Of a stretch of 64,000 nucleotides of DNA, positions 1-10,160 are shown in pieces. The stretch's first letter is position 1. The number at the start of each line of letters is the position of its first letter. Where the stretch lies: NCBI GenBank assembly GCA_963797095.1, contig CAWCNY010000003.1, positions 416,001 to 480,000 on the forward strand. Direction: 5' to 3'. The translations under genes were made by a program, and so were the position numbers. The stretch is from an uncultured Chloroflexia bacterium (GTDB lineage: Bacteria > Chloroflexota > Chloroflexia > QHBQ01 > JADMIH01). The notes beneath the pieces are model-generated. The model saw only the letters and a program-made list of their open reading frames with translations. It was not told the DNA's origin and did not search any database.

Positions 1-78
1 AGGTATGGATGCATGGCGGGCGGCAGGCGGCCAGATCGGGTAGCTGATGCCCTGAACACTATTGAATGCAACTATGAG

Positions 79-1032
79 CTAATCAGCACGCCTCAACCTG
101 TTGACCAGCGTAGAGAAGAAATAGTCACGCTCCTGCACTCGAGCAAACTGGCACGGCTTCGGAGCCACCGTTATCCTGATGCGATCCGCGTCGTTCAAAG
201 CCACAAACGACTGCCCATCCACCGTCAGGAACGACTCGTCATCTGTATCTATCTCAAGCTCAATCACGTTATCGTCGGGCAGCACCATGCTCTTGATCAC
301 CGTCAGGTAAGGCGCAACAGGCGTAAGCACTATACTCCGCAATTCCGGGTGCAAAATCGGCCCGCCCGCCGCCATCGAGTACGCCGTCGAACCTGTGGGC
401 GTCGCCACGATTACGCCGTCCGCCACTATTGTGGTCACTCGCGCGCCGTTCACAGTCAGGTGGCAGTTCACCACGCGAGATAGCGAAGCCCGGCTCGCCA
501 CCACATCGTTCAGCGCCAGGTAGCTCCCCACCAGCCTCTCGCCACGCCACAACTCGGCCTTCAGCATCGCTCGCTTCTCCAGCCAGTAGTCGCCATCGAG
601 AAAAAGGGGCAAACGCTCCTGCAATTGCCAGGGGTTGATCTCTGTCAGGAACCCCACCCGCCCCAGGTTCACGCCCAGGATCGGCACCCCCAACGGCGCT
701 GCTGCCTGCGCAGCCCGCAGGATCGTGCCATCGCCGCCGAAGGTGAGCAGCAGGTCCAGTTCATCCTCAGGCTTCCACTTGACCGCCCTGTCGGGGCGCG
801 CTGAGTGAGTGGCGTACACCTGTACACCCTTGCTCTCCAGCAGTTTGTCGATCCGGTCGGCCTGCTCGCTTGCCGCCTGGATGGTATCGTTCACCACGAA
901 TCCCACCTTCTTGACCGGCTTTCCCTCGTGCGGTCCGGGCGCGGCAGGCGGCTCGGCCGCCACCCCGCTTGCCATCATCGCCTCTTTGAGAACATCCTGC
1001 GGCTGCTGTTGCGAGCCGTCGCTATTCGTCAT
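79..1032 (-). CDS. nadK: NAD(+) kinase
   Basis: GGDGTIL, NLGRVGFL, LNDVV and TPTGSTAYSMAAGGP motifs; next to tlyA. Confidence 0.95.
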   Translation of the reverse strand: MTNSDGSQQQPQDVLKEAMMASGVAAEPPAAPGPHEGKPVKKVGFVVNDTIQAASEQADRIDKLLESKGVQVYATHSARPDRAVKWKPEDELDLLLTFGGDGTILRAAQAAAPLGVPILGVNLGRVGFLTEINPWQLQERLPLFLDGDYWLEKRAMLKAELWRGERLVGSYLALNDVVASRASLSRVVNCHLTVNGARVTTIVADGVIVATPTGSTAYSMAAGGPILHPELRSIVLTPVAPYLTVIKSMVLPDDNVIELEIDTDDESFLTVDGQSFVALNDADRIRITVAPKPCQFARVQERDYFFSTLVNRLRRAD

Positions 1033-1867
1033 GCCCGAATACCTCTCTGTCGATCTCAGATCCCAGGTTATAGCCCTCCACCAACCCGCCCGGCACCTGC
1101 TCCCCCCTTTCCAGGTAGGCCAGGTACTCCACGTTGCCCGCCGGGCCGGTGATAGGCGAACGCGCCAGACCCCTAAAAGAGAGGCCCAGTTCGCCCCAAC
1201 TTTGAGCCAACCGTATTATAACATCACGGTGCACGTGTGGGTCGCGCACCACGCCCCCCTTGCCCACCTTCTCCTTTCCCGCCTCGAATTGCGGCTTGAT
1301 GAGAAACACGAAGAAGGCATCCGGCATGGTGAGCCTCAAGGCTGCGGGCGCGATCAACTCCAGGCCGATGAACGACACATCGGCGGTTGCAAAGTCTGCT
1401 AGTGATACATGGTCCGGCTCTGCATTATCCTTGCTTTCGTCTGTGGGCAGGCTTCCCAGGTCGCGTATGTTGGTCTGCTCCATCACTACCACCCTGGGGT
1501 CGTTTCTGATCTTCCAGGCAAGCTGGTTGGTGCCGACATCCACCGCGTACACGCGTGCGGCCCCAGCCTGCAACAGCACATCGGTGAAGCCCCCCGTCGA
1601 AGCCCCGATATCGAGCGCCACCTTGCCCGCGACACGCCCGCGCAGCCCGAATACATCCAGCCCGTGCGCCAATTTTAGCCCACCCCGGCTCACATAAGGC
1701 AGCCCGGTCCGTACCTCGATCTCTGCCTCTGTTGCGATCTGCGTGCCCGCCTTGTCAACCCGCCTCCCATCTACAAACACGCTTCCGGCCATGATCAACG
1801 AATGCGCCCTGGCGCGCGTTTCCGCCAGCCCGCGCTCTACAAGCGATACATCAAGACGCTGCTTCAT
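1022..1867 (-). CDS. tlyA: TlyA family rRNA methyltransferase
   Basis: N-terminal S4 domain; YVSRGGLKL, DIGASTGGFT, IKPQFE, SPITG..GNVEY. Confidence 0.95.
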   Translation of the reverse strand: MKQRLDVSLVERGLAETRARAHSLIMAGSVFVDGRRVDKAGTQIATEAEIEVRTGLPYVSRGGLKLAHGLDVFGLRGRVAGKVALDIGASTGGFTDVLLQAGAARVYAVDVGTNQLAWKIRNDPRVVVMEQTNIRDLGSLPTDESKDNAEPDHVSLADFATADVSFIGLELIAPAALRLTMPDAFFVFLIKPQFEAGKEKVGKGGVVRDPHVHRDVIIRLAQSWGELGLSFRGLARSPITGPAGNVEYLAYLERGEQVPGGLVEGYNLGSEIDREVFGHDE

Positions 1868-1883
1868 AGGTCAAAATGGGCTT

Positions 1884-2414
1884 CTACGTCCCCATCAGCT
1901 TCTCAAACGCAGAAGAATGGATATGGCATATCGCCACCGCCAGCGCATCGGCGGCATCGTCGGGCCGTGGGATGTGGTCCATATTCAGCAGCAGCATGAC
2001 CATTGCCTGCACCTGCTCCTTGGTGGCCCTGCCGTACCCCACCACCGCTTGCTTCACCTGCAAAGGCGTGTACTCGCCCAGGTGAATCCCCGCGTGCGCC
2101 GCAGCCAGGATCGCCACGCCGCGTGCGTGCCCCACCGAAAGCGCCGTGCGCACATTCTTGTTGAAAAAAAGCTCTTCAAGGGCCATCGCATCGGGCTTGT
2201 ACTCCTGCAAGAGGTCCATTAGCCCTTTGTAAAGTTGCGGCAGCCGCTCGGAAAGAGGCGCGTTGGCGGGAGTATAAAGCGCCCCGTACTCGACCATGCG
2301 CAGTTGCTCCCCGCCGCTGACCCGTGAGCCGGAAGTCACAGAAACAGCAGCACCGCTCTCAACAAGGCCGTAGCCCATGATAGCGGTGCCGGGATCGATC
2401 CCTAAAGTGATCAT
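1884..2414 (-). CDS. ruvC: Holliday junction resolvase RuvC
   Basis: LGIDPG, EELFF, YTPLQVKQAVVGYGRATKEQV, DDAADALAVAICH. Confidence 0.97.
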   Translation of the reverse strand: MITLGIDPGTAIMGYGLVESGAAVSVTSGSRVSGGEQLRMVEYGALYTPANAPLSERLPQLYKGLMDLLQEYKPDAMALEELFFNKNVRTALSVGHARGVAILAAAHAGIHLGEYTPLQVKQAVVGYGRATKEQVQAMVMLLLNMDHIPRPDDAADALAVAICHIHSSAFEKLMGT

Positions 2415-2476
2415 GAAGACAAAAGACGAAGGACGAAGGACGAACGAGATTGCTTTCGTCGTTAGTCCTTCGTCGT

Positions 2477-3238
2477 CTAGCTCATACTCGCCATAAGCTC
2501 TTCTGCGCCTGTAAGATCAAGGTTGGTGTACACTGTTTGCACGTCGTCAAGGTCCTCCAGACGCTCCATCAGGCGGAGGGTCTGCTCCATCCCTTTCTCA
2601 TCAAGCGACATGGTCGTTTTCGGGACCATTGTGCGCTCCGCATTGGTCACCTGCATACCGGCAGATGTAAGCCCATCCTGCACGTGCTTGAAATCCTCAA
2701 AAGCGGTCAAAATCTCAAGCTGGCCGTCGTCGAGGTTGGTAACGTCCTCTGCGCCCGCGTCGATGGCGGCCAATGTCAATTCGTCGGGGTCTTCGCCGTT
2801 CTGCGGCTCGACCAGGATCAAACCATGTGGCTCGAAAATCCACCCCACGGATCCGGCCTCACCCAGCGACCCGCCCGCCTTCGTAAAGATCGAGCGCACC
2901 TCCGACACAGTGCGATTGCGGTTATCTGTCAGCGCCTGCACCAGAAAGGCCACACCGTGCGGCCCATAACCCTCGTACATAATCTCTTCATATGAGCTGC
3001 TGTCCGCGCCGCTACCTGAGCCGCGCTGAATTGCACGCTGGATGTTCTCAAGCGGCATGTTCTCGGCGCGTGCCTTCTGCACCGCCAGCCTCAGACGGAA
3101 ATTGGCCTCCGCATCGCCCCCGCCCTCTTTGGCGGCCACCGTGATTTCACGCGTCAGCTTGGTGAAGAGTTGCCCGCGCTTCGCGTCAGCGGCCCCCTTC
3201 TTGCGCTTGATTGTTGCCCATTTACTATGTCCTGACAT
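2477..3238 (-). CDS. yebC: YebC/PmpR family protein
   Basis: MSGHSKWATIKRKK, YEGYGP, TDNRNRT; yebC-ruvC synteny. Confidence 0.97.
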   Translation of the reverse strand: MSGHSKWATIKRKKGAADAKRGQLFTKLTREITVAAKEGGGDAEANFRLRLAVQKARAENMPLENIQRAIQRGSGSGADSSSYEEIMYEGYGPHGVAFLVQALTDNRNRTVSEVRSIFTKAGGSLGEAGSVGWIFEPHGLILVEPQNGEDPDELTLAAIDAGAEDVTNLDDGQLEILTAFEDFKHVQDGLTSAGMQVTNAERTMVPKTTMSLDEKGMEQTLRLMERLEDLDDVQTVYTNLDLTGAEELMASMS

Positions 3239-3438
3239 GACTCACCTCTCTGTGATGACCTACAGCGTCCCTGCGCTGTTCGGCGTTGGAGCGGCTTCAA
3301 AACCCACCTCTCCAGCCGGCATTCCAGGCATCCACCACTGCAATAAATAAACGACCTTTACAAAATATAGGCTCTAGCGATTATACCAGAGGCTTTATGG
3401 GTTGGCAACGACACCTGGATGTCATAAACTTCGGTGCA

Positions 3439-5448
3439 ATGATCCGAATAAGAGCCGCGCTCCCCTGGCTGGTGCCTCCTACCCTGGCCCTTATCGCCTT
3501 CGCGCCCGTACTCAGCCTCTGGTTCGTCGCCGACGACTTCGGCCACCTCCTTATCAACAACCGCCTCCCATTTCCCCAGCCGTTGCTCGCATTTGGCAAA
3601 GACGAACTCTTTTACCGGCCCTTCAGCACCGTACTCACCTGGAACTTCAGCACCGCCATCTTTGGAAGAAACGCCCTCCCGCTCCACGCCATCAGCCTGC
3701 TCGCACACGCTCTCGCCGCGTTGCTGCTAGCGCGGCTGGCTTACACTGTATCTTCATCAAAGATTACTGGTATATTAGCTGGTGCCCTCTTCGCCGTCTA
3801 CCCCCTCTGCACCGAGCCTGTAGCCTGGCTCGCCTCCCAATGGGATGTGTTAGCCACAGTCTGCACCCTCGGAGCAGCCCTCGGTTTCGCTGTCGCCTGG
3901 TGCAACTCTCTCCAGGGAAAGCCCGCAATCGTCCCCTGTGCACTCGGTCTCCTCTCTGCCCTCCTCGCGGTCGGTATGAAAGAGAGCACTCTACCCCTGC
4001 CTGCTGTCCTCCCCTTCGTCGCTTTGTCGGTATCGGCAACCAGCCACGCTCGACCATCCACGAACTCATCAATTCAGACCATCGAGTTTGAGACCCAGAA
4101 GGAACAAAGCACAAAATCCCGCATCTGGAAAGCCATAGCATGGTCTCTCCCATACGCCCTTCCCACTCTCATCTTCATCGGTCTGCGATTAGCGAGCGGA
4201 GCCGGGATCGGAGGCTACGAGAACGCCCCCACCGACTTTCAGCGCTTCTTCTGGGATGCTCTCGTTACCACTTTCCTCGCTATGCTCATGCCGCTCAATC
4301 GTCTGCTCTTCAACGCGACCCTGGTGCAGGTGCTGGGCTTCCTTATGGCCCTACTCTTCATCGGGGGCCTCATCCTCTGGGGCAGGCGACGCTGGCCTTT
4401 GCTTCTTCTCTCCCTGGCCTGGTGGCTGATTTTCCTGATACCCGCCCTCAATCTGGTGGTGCTGGGCGATAACCCCGCCAACATCCAGAATCGCTTCTAC
4501 TACCTCAGCTTCATTGGCTTTTGCCTTGCCATGGCTTCGCTCATCTCGGTGCCGCTCGAATGGCCCCGGTTCCCTCTGCAACGAGCAGCTTGGGCTGCTA
4601 TCACGATTGCCATCCTTGCCATCATCCCCGCCACCTGGAAACAACTCGAACCCTGGCTTCAGGCCTCGCAGCAAACCCACCAGGTTGTGGATGAGCTAAC
4701 CGCCATGCTACCGCCCAGGAACGACGGCTGGATCGAGATCAACGCCCGCAATCTGCCTCGTGACTACCAGGGCGCTTACGTCTTCTGGAATGGGCTGGAC
4801 ACCGCCGTGCAGGTCTTCCACCGCCAGCACGTCCATCTCAAGACCACCTCGGCTCTAGATCACCAGGCCCTTGCCACTCCCCTGGCCGGCGAAACAGGCC
4901 GCTGGAATCTCGATTTCAGCTTCGACCAGAGCAGCCGCCTCTATCACATAAACAGTTTGTCGGGCGTTACCGGAATCACCGGTCCTCCTGTCGAGCCGGG
5001 CACCTTGCTGTGGGATTTTCGCACCTGCGAAAAAGGTATCCCGCCAGGCATGCAGATCAATAACGCCAGCACACGGTGCGCCCAGGATCGGATCGTCGTC
5101 CTACCTACCTCCTCCGATCCCGCCATCATCTTCCCCGGTCTGGACATGGATCTCACAGGCGTACGATGGCTCCGGCTTGCGGTCTCAGCACGATATGCCG
5201 CCTTCGATGCACCTCACATGGGGCAGTGGTACTGGGCAGGCGATAACCAATCATGGAGCGAGGAAGATAGCGCAGGCTATTATCTCGATTCCGGTCAGCA
5301 ACGGAGGGTCTACTGGACCTACGTACGCGCCGCCGATATCGGCGCTCGCCTCACCGATCTTCGCTTCGACCCCGTAAACGACTATGCAGACGCGCAGATT
5401 AGCTGGCTCGCCCTCACCCCGATCGACCAGGAAGCATCGGCACCCTAA
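3439..5448 (+). CDS. Polytopic membrane protein, probable GT-C type glycosyltransferase with a C-terminal extracellular domain
   Basis: DD and YRP motifs after the first TM, EPVAW, KE motif, many TM segments; ATG at 3439 preferred over the ORF-track start at 3286. Confidence 0.6.
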   Translation: MIRIRAALPWLVPPTLALIAFAPVLSLWFVADDFGHLLINNRLPFPQPLLAFGKDELFYRPFSTVLTWNFSTAIFGRNALPLHAISLLAHALAALLLARLAYTVSSSKITGILAGALFAVYPLCTEPVAWLASQWDVLATVCTLGAALGFAVAWCNSLQGKPAIVPCALGLLSALLAVGMKESTLPLPAVLPFVALSVSATSHARPSTNSSIQTIEFETQKEQSTKSRIWKAIAWSLPYALPTLIFIGLRLASGAGIGGYENAPTDFQRFFWDALVTTFLAMLMPLNRLLFNATLVQVLGFLMALLFIGGLILWGRRRWPLLLLSLAWWLIFLIPALNLVVLGDNPANIQNRFYYLSFIGFCLAMASLISVPLEWPRFPLQRAAWAAITIAILAIIPATWKQLEPWLQASQQTHQVVDELTAMLPPRNDGWIEINARNLPRDYQGAYVFWNGLDTAVQVFHRQHVHLKTTSALDHQALATPLAGETGRWNLDFSFDQSSRLYHINSLSGVTGITGPPVEPGTLLWDFRTCEKGIPPGMQINNASTRCAQDRIVVLPTSSDPAIIFPGLDMDLTGVRWLRLAVSARYAAFDAPHMGQWYWAGDNQSWSEEDSAGYYLDSGQQRRVYWTYVRAADIGARLTDLRFDPVNDYADAQISWLALTPIDQEASAP

Positions 5449-7733
5449 CGAGCGTTATCGAATAGAACGGTGGTCTGATTCGTCACCACGTTCAGTTTAA
5501 TCATGCGGAAGGTCGGCTCGTCGTTGTAGCGGGCGGTCGGCACGTTTGGTGCCGTTATCGTTTCGCGGTAAATCAGACTCTTGCCATCGGGCGACCAATC
5601 CAAATCTGCCGCTCCGTTGTAACCCTCAGGGATCGGCATACTCTTGACATTGAACAGGCTCCCACTCGAGATATCGGCAGTCCACAGGCCCGCCAGCTTG
5701 TCGGCACGATTGGCAAAATCGTTGTAATAGCCGGTGAAAGCTATCTTACCCCACCCTGAGTATGCGATCTGGGTAACCTGCAATAGCTCCGGCTTATAGG
5801 TCATCAGCACAGATGGATCCACCAGGGGACCAATAGAGTTGCGCGGCCCTGAGTACAACGCCCCTCCCAGCACGGAAGTTGGGCTGTACGAATTGCCGCA
5901 TGTAAAGAGTATTCTGGCTACGTAACCATCAGCCTCAAGATGCCCCTCAAGCCATAGATACGACTTGATCGCCTGGCTCTCCGGTGTCAGCACAGGGTTG
6001 CCATCCTTCAAGACCGCTACGGGCGAGGCGTGCGATATGATCACATGGAGGTCGCTGCCATCGGGGCGCACCCCATAAATATCGCTTGACTCTTTCTCTC
6101 CCAGGGGTGCCAGGAAAGTGATAAGTTGCCGGTCGGGTGATACCGCCAGAGATCTTGCACCCCTCAGGTCATAGTCCAGTGTCACCAGCAAATCCGGGCT
6201 CAGTTTGGGAGCTTCATCCGTGCTCCCAACCAACGGCACGCTCAACCTGTAGAGACCGAGTGCGCCCCCTGTGGTTTCCGCCAGGAACATCAGCTCATGG
6301 TCGCCATACCAGGCCACGTCGTGGACTGCCGCCATGCCGCTCACCAGCAGCACCGGAGTCTGGGTCGTGCCATCGGCGTTAAAATCGACCATGTAGATAT
6401 ATTTCGCCCAGGGGTCCCTCGCCTGGTTCTGGATCGTAGCAGCGTAGGCCACCCTATCCATAGCCGGGGAGAGGGCGAAACTCTTTACGCCCCCATCCCA
6501 CGTCAGCCAGTTGTAACCTCCGTCGCTCCTGGTCATAAGAAGGTCTGAGCCGTGATCGGGATCGCTGCCCTTCAAGAAAAGCACGCCGCCGTAGGCCGAT
6601 CCGCCGCTGGCGTAATCGCCCACCAGGCTCATCCTGCCGCTCATTATGCCGAAAATGCTCTCCCCTTCAGCCGAACGGGCCACGAGGTCGCCCAGGCCGT
6701 CCAACGCGGTGAGCGGTACGCTCAGCCTCAGCCTGTAGACATAGTTCTCATCGAACAAATAGCCTTCGTGGTAGAAATTGTTATCATCCCCGTCGGTCCG
6801 CTCCAACCAGACAGCATTACCACCGGAGCCTGGAACGGGCGCACACTCACCATTGCACAAAATATCGTTAGCCGTGTCAGCGGTTAGCCCCTTGTCGTTG
6901 GAGTCAACCTCAAGCTCGATCCAATACGGGGCATACTTCGTGCCGCCTGAGTTCCAGGGGTAGAAATAGCGGGTGTTCTGCTGCGTCTGTGTCCACCAGT
7001 TGGGGGGATAGCCCACTTTGTAACCGTACATGGGGTCGCGAACCGTATGCCAATCGGTCTTGCCATTGGGGTCGCCTTCCTCGATGACGGGGGTGGGCTG
7101 TCTCAATTCAAGCATCGTATAAGGGCCAAGTGTGGCTGTGGCGCTCATGTAGGTGGTCGTAGAGGCCGCGGGCGACTGCACGCTCACCCCTACACCCCTC
7201 GTTTCAATAGGAGGCGGCGGCTGCGCGACCACATCCATAGGGGATTCCCGTGTGGGAATAGGAGGCAGAGCAACATTCAGGACCTGAGGATCGTTAGCGG
7301 GTTTCTGGAACCACTTGCCGCTCAGGATCAACGCCCCGAGCAAGAAGAATATGGCTATAACGGCAGCCATCACCGGGCTTGCCGCCCGCACCAATCGCCT
7401 CGAAAATGGCAGAGTTGGCGCAATCTCGCGTGCAGGCTCAGTCGCTCCCAATGCAAGCGGAGCGGCAGGCAGGCGCTCTTCCTTCCCTCGTAACTCTTCC
7501 TCTTTTATCTCTCGGATCGCGTGGAAAAGCCCCGTGCGAAGTTCCGGTTCCGGCTGGCGCATGGGGCTTTCGGCAAAGATAACCGCCATCTCCACGTATT
7601 GCAGCAAGCGACAGGAACACGCCTCGCATGTTGCTACATGCGCTTCCACAAGCTCGCGTTCCCCGGCTGTGACCTCGTCGTCAACGAACCTGGAGATGAG
7701 CAATTGTATCTCTTCGCAACTACTTTGTTGCAT
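5445..7733 (-). CDS. Zinc-finger (zf-HC2) anti-sigma factor with TM helix and large extracellular TolB/beta-propeller-like domain
   Basis: HVATCEAC (HxxxCxxC), one TM, SPD/WSPDGK repeats; directly downstream of the ECF sigma gene. Confidence 0.8.
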   Translation of the reverse strand: MQQSSCEEIQLLISRFVDDEVTAGERELVEAHVATCEACSCRLLQYVEMAVIFAESPMRQPEPELRTGLFHAIREIKEEELRGKEERLPAAPLALGATEPAREIAPTLPFSRRLVRAASPVMAAVIAIFFLLGALILSGKWFQKPANDPQVLNVALPPIPTRESPMDVVAQPPPPIETRGVGVSVQSPAASTTTYMSATATLGPYTMLELRQPTPVIEEGDPNGKTDWHTVRDPMYGYKVGYPPNWWTQTQQNTRYFYPWNSGGTKYAPYWIELEVDSNDKGLTADTANDILCNGECAPVPGSGGNAVWLERTDGDDNNFYHEGYLFDENYVYRLRLSVPLTALDGLGDLVARSAEGESIFGIMSGRMSLVGDYASGGSAYGGVLFLKGSDPDHGSDLLMTRSDGGYNWLTWDGGVKSFALSPAMDRVAYAATIQNQARDPWAKYIYMVDFNADGTTQTPVLLVSGMAAVHDVAWYGDHELMFLAETTGGALGLYRLSVPLVGSTDEAPKLSPDLLVTLDYDLRGARSLAVSPDRQLITFLAPLGEKESSDIYGVRPDGSDLHVIISHASPVAVLKDGNPVLTPESQAIKSYLWLEGHLEADGYVARILFTCGNSYSPTSVLGGALYSGPRNSIGPLVDPSVLMTYKPELLQVTQIAYSGWGKIAFTGYYNDFANRADKLAGLWTADISSGSLFNVKSMPIPEGYNGAADLDWSPDGKSLIYRETITAPNVPTARYNDEPTFRMIKLNVVTNQTTVLFDNAR

Positions 7734-7817
7734 CGTCAATTCCTGGCTCCCAACTCGCTATTCCATGTGCCATCAAACAGGCGCCACGAACGAGAGATCA
7801 AGAACCGCTTGTTCCGC

Positions 7818-8465
7818 TTATTCTGCGGGATTTGCTTTCTTATAAGCCTCAATGAACTTCTCCCGTCCACGGAAAATACGCACCGCCACCAGGTTGACCG
7901 AGATACCGAGCGTGTCGGCTATCTCTTTATAGGAAAGGCCCTGGTACAGGTTCAGCACCAGGCATGTTCTCTGGTCGGCCGGCACCACCTGGAGCGCGCG
8001 TTGGATGGCATCCTGGTCGGCCTGCCTGGGAGCGTGATCCGACATAGGGGCTACAGCCTCCATCTCTATCTTGAAAGGTACCCAGGTGATGCGCTTGCGC
8101 CTCCGTAGCGAGTCGAGCGCTGTGTTGGTGGCGATACGATAGAGCCAGGGCGAAATCTGGAGGGTGTCTTCGGTGCGTGGTAAGGCGTTGTACGCTTTCA
8201 GGAACGTATCCTGGGCGAGGTCATTCGCAGCATCCCAATCGCCAACGAGCCTGTAAATGTAATTGACTATAGGAGCCTGGAAGCGCTCGAAGATCGACGT
8301 AAATGCGCTCTCCGAACCGGCCCGCGCTTCGTGTGTAAGCAGAACAAGCTCATCATCCGAGCCTGCGCCCTGCACCACCTTCGATGTGGGCCTGGCGTTC
8401 CACGAAATCGCCCCTACCTGGGTAGTCACGCGCCTTATTCTCCTCGGTATTTGCTCGTGTTCCAC
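7818..8465 (-). CDS. ECF RNA polymerase sigma-70 factor
   Basis: DLAQDTFLKAY, WLYRIATN, GLSYKEIA..LG..V..RIFRGR. Confidence 0.92.
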   Translation of the reverse strand: MEHEQIPRRIRRVTTQVGAISWNARPTSKVVQGAGSDDELVLLTHEARAGSESAFTSIFERFQAPIVNYIYRLVGDWDAANDLAQDTFLKAYNALPRTEDTLQISPWLYRIATNTALDSLRRRKRITWVPFKIEMEAVAPMSDHAPRQADQDAIQRALQVVPADQRTCLVLNLYQGLSYKEIADTLGISVNLVAVRIFRGREKFIEAYKKANPAE

Positions 8466-8559
8466 AGCCGCGCCCTGGCCTTCATCACATTCGTTTTACG
8501 GGGCGGCCCCTGCTGTCGAGCGTCACTGATATAGCGTTGGTGGCAAAGTACCACCGATT

Positions 8560-8590
8560 GTATGACGCTTGAGGGGGCCCGATTCTTACA
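8560..8590 (-). promoter_or_regulatory. Possible ECF-type (autoregulatory) promoter
   Basis: Minus strand reads TGTAAGAAT...GCGTCATAC upstream of the ECF gene. Confidence 0.35.
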
Positions 8591-8725
8591 CCACCTTGCG
8601 TTTGGTGTAGTAACTCAAGGGTACTCCATCCGCCATCGTCGTGTCAACGTCTTAAGCCTGGCTTGCCAGGGCGATTGCATCTAAATTGGTCCACGCATGG
8701 CGGTAGGAGGGCATCCGACCTCGTC

Positions 8726-9087
8726 GTCGGGTAAGGAGACGGCGTTGCCGCCGCCTCCTCCCCTAAGAACTGCTCGTGCTACTTTCGCAGCAAGCAGCTC
8801 AAGCCTTTCGCTCGCCCCTTTCAGGACGCGGTTTCGCTACCTCTAACCCTTGACTATGCACTTGCCGGTGGCAGTTGGGATGCACCAACACTCGGTTTTC
8901 CACCCCGTCATCGCCGCCATACACTCGCCACACGATGTGGTGATTATCCCACCCAGTTAGCTTCGTGATTTTCTGTTGGCAAACCGGGCAAATCCCCTTC
9001 TTTGCTGCCATAGGTACAGCAGTTTCCGCCGTCCTTGCAGGCTGCTTGCCATTTCGAGGTCTAACCGTTTCTCGAAATAGCCTTCCC
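8726..9087 (-). mobile_element. Group II intron 3' remnant (HNH end of intron-encoded protein, domains V-VI)
   Basis: CPVC..HHI..N..LVHPNCH..H; DV GAGCTGCTTGCTGCGAAAGTAGCACGAGCAGTTC; DVI ending CCCGAC; cut at 9088. Confidence 0.9.
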
Positions 9088-9256
9088 TGTGATGGCTACT
9101 ATACAAGTCCGTGCGTGGGATCACCGCTTGCGCAACCTTCCAGAACCGACAATCTCTCCCACACCCCATTTCTCCTTGGCATAACTGAACCCTCAACGAT
9201 TAGAATTAACGTGCCGTGGTTAGCTCGGCATTCTTGTACAAGGAGAAGCATTCTGA

Positions 9257-10150
9257 TTGGTTGCCTTTCTTGAGTTCTTCGTGCTCCTTATCATCCCCGC
9301 CTTCCGGCGTCGCCTCGTCAATTGGCTGTTCTGGATTTGGAACAAGCCAACCCGGGATTCTCTTCTGTCAGGTTCGGTTCTGTCCAGATTGGTCCTCGAC
9401 CTTTGTCGGAGTAAACACGAACTGCTGGTGGAGAATGCTCTACTGCGCCAGCAACTCGTTGTGCTGCGCAGGCAGGTCAACCGTCCTCAACTCACCAATC
9501 TGACCGCGCTCTGTTGGTGCTGTTAGCTGGTAGGCTCCGAACTTGGAAGGGCGCTCTACTCATCGTCCAACCCGATACTCTGCTCCGCTGGCACCGAGCG
9601 GGCTTCCGTTTGCTCTGGAGGAGAAAGTCCAAGACCGATTCTCGCAAACCGAAGATACCTGCTGAGACTGTACAGCTGATCAAGCGGATGGCCGTCGAGA
9701 ACAGACTGTGGGGAGCAGAGCGCATAAAGGGTGAACTGCTCAAGCTCGATATTCAGGTATGCAAACGCACTGTTCAAAAGTACATACGCCAGGTACGCAG
9801 GCCAGCACCTTCGGACCACAAGTCGAATCAGAACTGGCGTACCTTTGTCCGTAACCACGCAAGCCAAATCTGGGCAGTTGATTTCCTTCCTGTGTACGAT
9901 TTGTTCTTCCGGCCTATGTTCATCTTCTTCATTATAGAGCTTGGCTCCCGACGTGTTGTGCACTTCGGCGTTACCCGTTCTCCCACTGATGAGTGGACTG
10001 CACAGCAACTTAGGGAGGCAACGCCATTCGGTGAGGCACCGAGGTTCCGGATCAGGGACAACGATAGCAAGTACGGAGAGAAGTTCACCGTGTAGCAGTC
10101 AATAGTGGCATCAAGGTGCTGCGGACGCCGTATAGAGCACCAAGGGCGAA
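9257..10150 (+). pseudogene. Integrase-core (rve) transposase, 5' part
   Basis: ENALLRQQL, TLLRWHR, WGAERIKGEL, WAVDF, RDNDSKY, RTPYRAPRA; frameshifts near 9500 and 10090. Confidence 0.85.
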
Positions 10151-10160
10151 GGAGTAGGCT